The position numbers and the translations under genes are program-made. Below the pieces are notes generated by a model. It was not told where the DNA came from. It ran no database searches and was given only the letters and a program-made list of their open reading frames with translations. From Candidatus Woesearchaeota archaeon (lineage in GTDB: Archaea; Nanobdellota; Nanobdellia; Woesearchaeales; UBA9642), in the NCBI GenBank assembly GCA_041658255.1, contig JBBAAQ010000005.1:1544-65543 (forward strand): a stretch of DNA of 64,000 nucleotides, given 5' to 3'. This document shows, piece after piece, positions 63,065 through 64,000 of this stretch (position 1 is the stretch's first letter; every line of letters begins with the position of its first letter).

Positions 63065-64000
63065 ATGAGAGCAATAAAAGACCCAAGAAACCCACAAAAC
63101 AGTGTAAAAAACACCAAAGACTATATCGCCCTAGCCGATATAAGTACCGAACAAAAAGAGCTATTAAGCGCGTACTTTAGGTCCTTAATGGCGTCGGAAG
63201 GCAACAAGACAAAAAGCGCTCATACAGAGAGGTGCCATATTCGCTGTAAAAGGCTTTGCAGAATATGTAAAAAAACCATTACGAGAGGTAATTAAGGACG
63301 ATATCATAAATTACACTATTCACCTAAGAGAACGAGGTCTAAAAGAGTCCACTAGAGAATTCTACAAGCTAAGAATAAAACTATTCTATAAATGGGTAGA
63401 TGGAGGATATACGTCTAGAGTTGATTGGATAAAAAAAACGGACATAAAAAAGGACTTATCAGAAACAGACCTGATACAACCAACAGAAATACGTAAAATG
63501 GTTGAAATCTGTGAGAATGCCAGAGATAAAGCACTAGTAAGCGGGCTATATGAAAGTGGGGTCAGAATCTCAGAATGGTTAGGTGTAAAAATCAAAGATA
63601 TAATATTTGATGATTACGGCGCAAAGATAAAGGTAACAGGAAAGACAGGAACAAGACAGATAAGACTAATCGACTCAGTACCTTACCTCATAGAATGAAT
63701 AAATCAGCATCCATACAAAACAGATAATGGTAGGTACTTATTCATTAATTTTGCATCAAACTATTATGGAAGAAACCTATTCCTAGGAACTGTAGGAACA
63801 ATGCTAAGAAAATACGCGAAAAGAACAGGAGTAAACAAAAAAATATATCCACACTTATTAAGACATAGTAGATTAACGTGGTTGGCCCAAAGAGAAAACT
63901 TTAATGAAAGAGATCTAAGAATATTCGCGGGGTGGTCAGCATCATCAGACATGCCCAACACATACCTGCACTATAGTGAGGAAGAAGTAGATAAAAAACT
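63065..64000 (+). pseudogene. tyrosine recombinase/integrase (XerC/D-phage integrase family), disrupted; runs off the right edge
   Basis: LVSGLYESGVRISE (catalytic Arg), HLLRHS and NTYLHY motifs. A frame change is needed within the A5 run at 63211-63215, and an in-frame TGA sits at 63696-63698 (PYLIE*INQHP). Confidence 0.8.

Noticed and set aside
63696-63698. The in-frame TGA in the integrase could be evidence of TGA-to-Trp recoding, given the adjacent tRNA-Trp-like gene.
   Set aside because: The tRNA-like anticodon is CCA, not UCA. TGA clearly terminates host genes in this window (for example at 19458-19460 and 54197-54199). The integrase also needs a frameshift. A pseudogene or sequencing error is more parsimonious.

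Overview
The window is AT-rich archaeal chromosome. The archaeal assignment rests on aEF-1alpha, aEF-2, L7Ae-S28e-L24e-Ndk, the RFC large subunit, an archaeal-type TyrRS and bulge-helix-bulge (BHB) tRNA introns. Giant surface proteins, sparse metabolism and an atypical tRNA suggest a DPANN-like, host-associated lineage, but that is inference only. Housekeeping genes present are tuf, fusA, ndk, rpl24e, rps28e, rpl7ae, pyk, ppsA, rfcL, tyrS, gpsA, an MscS channel and an Obg-family GTPase.

The main accessory locus spans about 9.9-29.6 kb. It is a co-directional operon of two ribbon-helix-helix (RHH) regulators, three bitopic sequon-rich surface proteins and a 2513-aa adhesin. One surface protein is a two-pass membrane HerA/FtsK-type ATPase with an extracellular PGF-pre-PGF-like domain. 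Two more secreted or disordered proteins follow. I propose this as an uncharacterised cell-contact or translocation apparatus.

Other notable content:
- a type-IV-pilus-like ATPase and platform pair (44.0-48.7 kb)
- an intron-containing tRNA-Phe
- a tRNA-Trp-like gene with two introns but no 5' acceptor strand, next to a degraded tyrosine integrase
- a HEPN/MNT pair
- a duplicated tyrS 3' end bracketing an inserted ORF
- an inverted-duplication scar in a Bro/DinD-like gene between tuf and fusA
- many perfect hairpins and at least two families of repeated palindromic intergenic elements
- one ~380-nt GC-enriched, highly structured region (27.04-27.42 kb) that I could not assign to a known RNA family

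No rRNA genes or CRISPR arrays were seen. All coordinates, motif calls and mismatch counts come from reading the sequence by hand; no database was searched.
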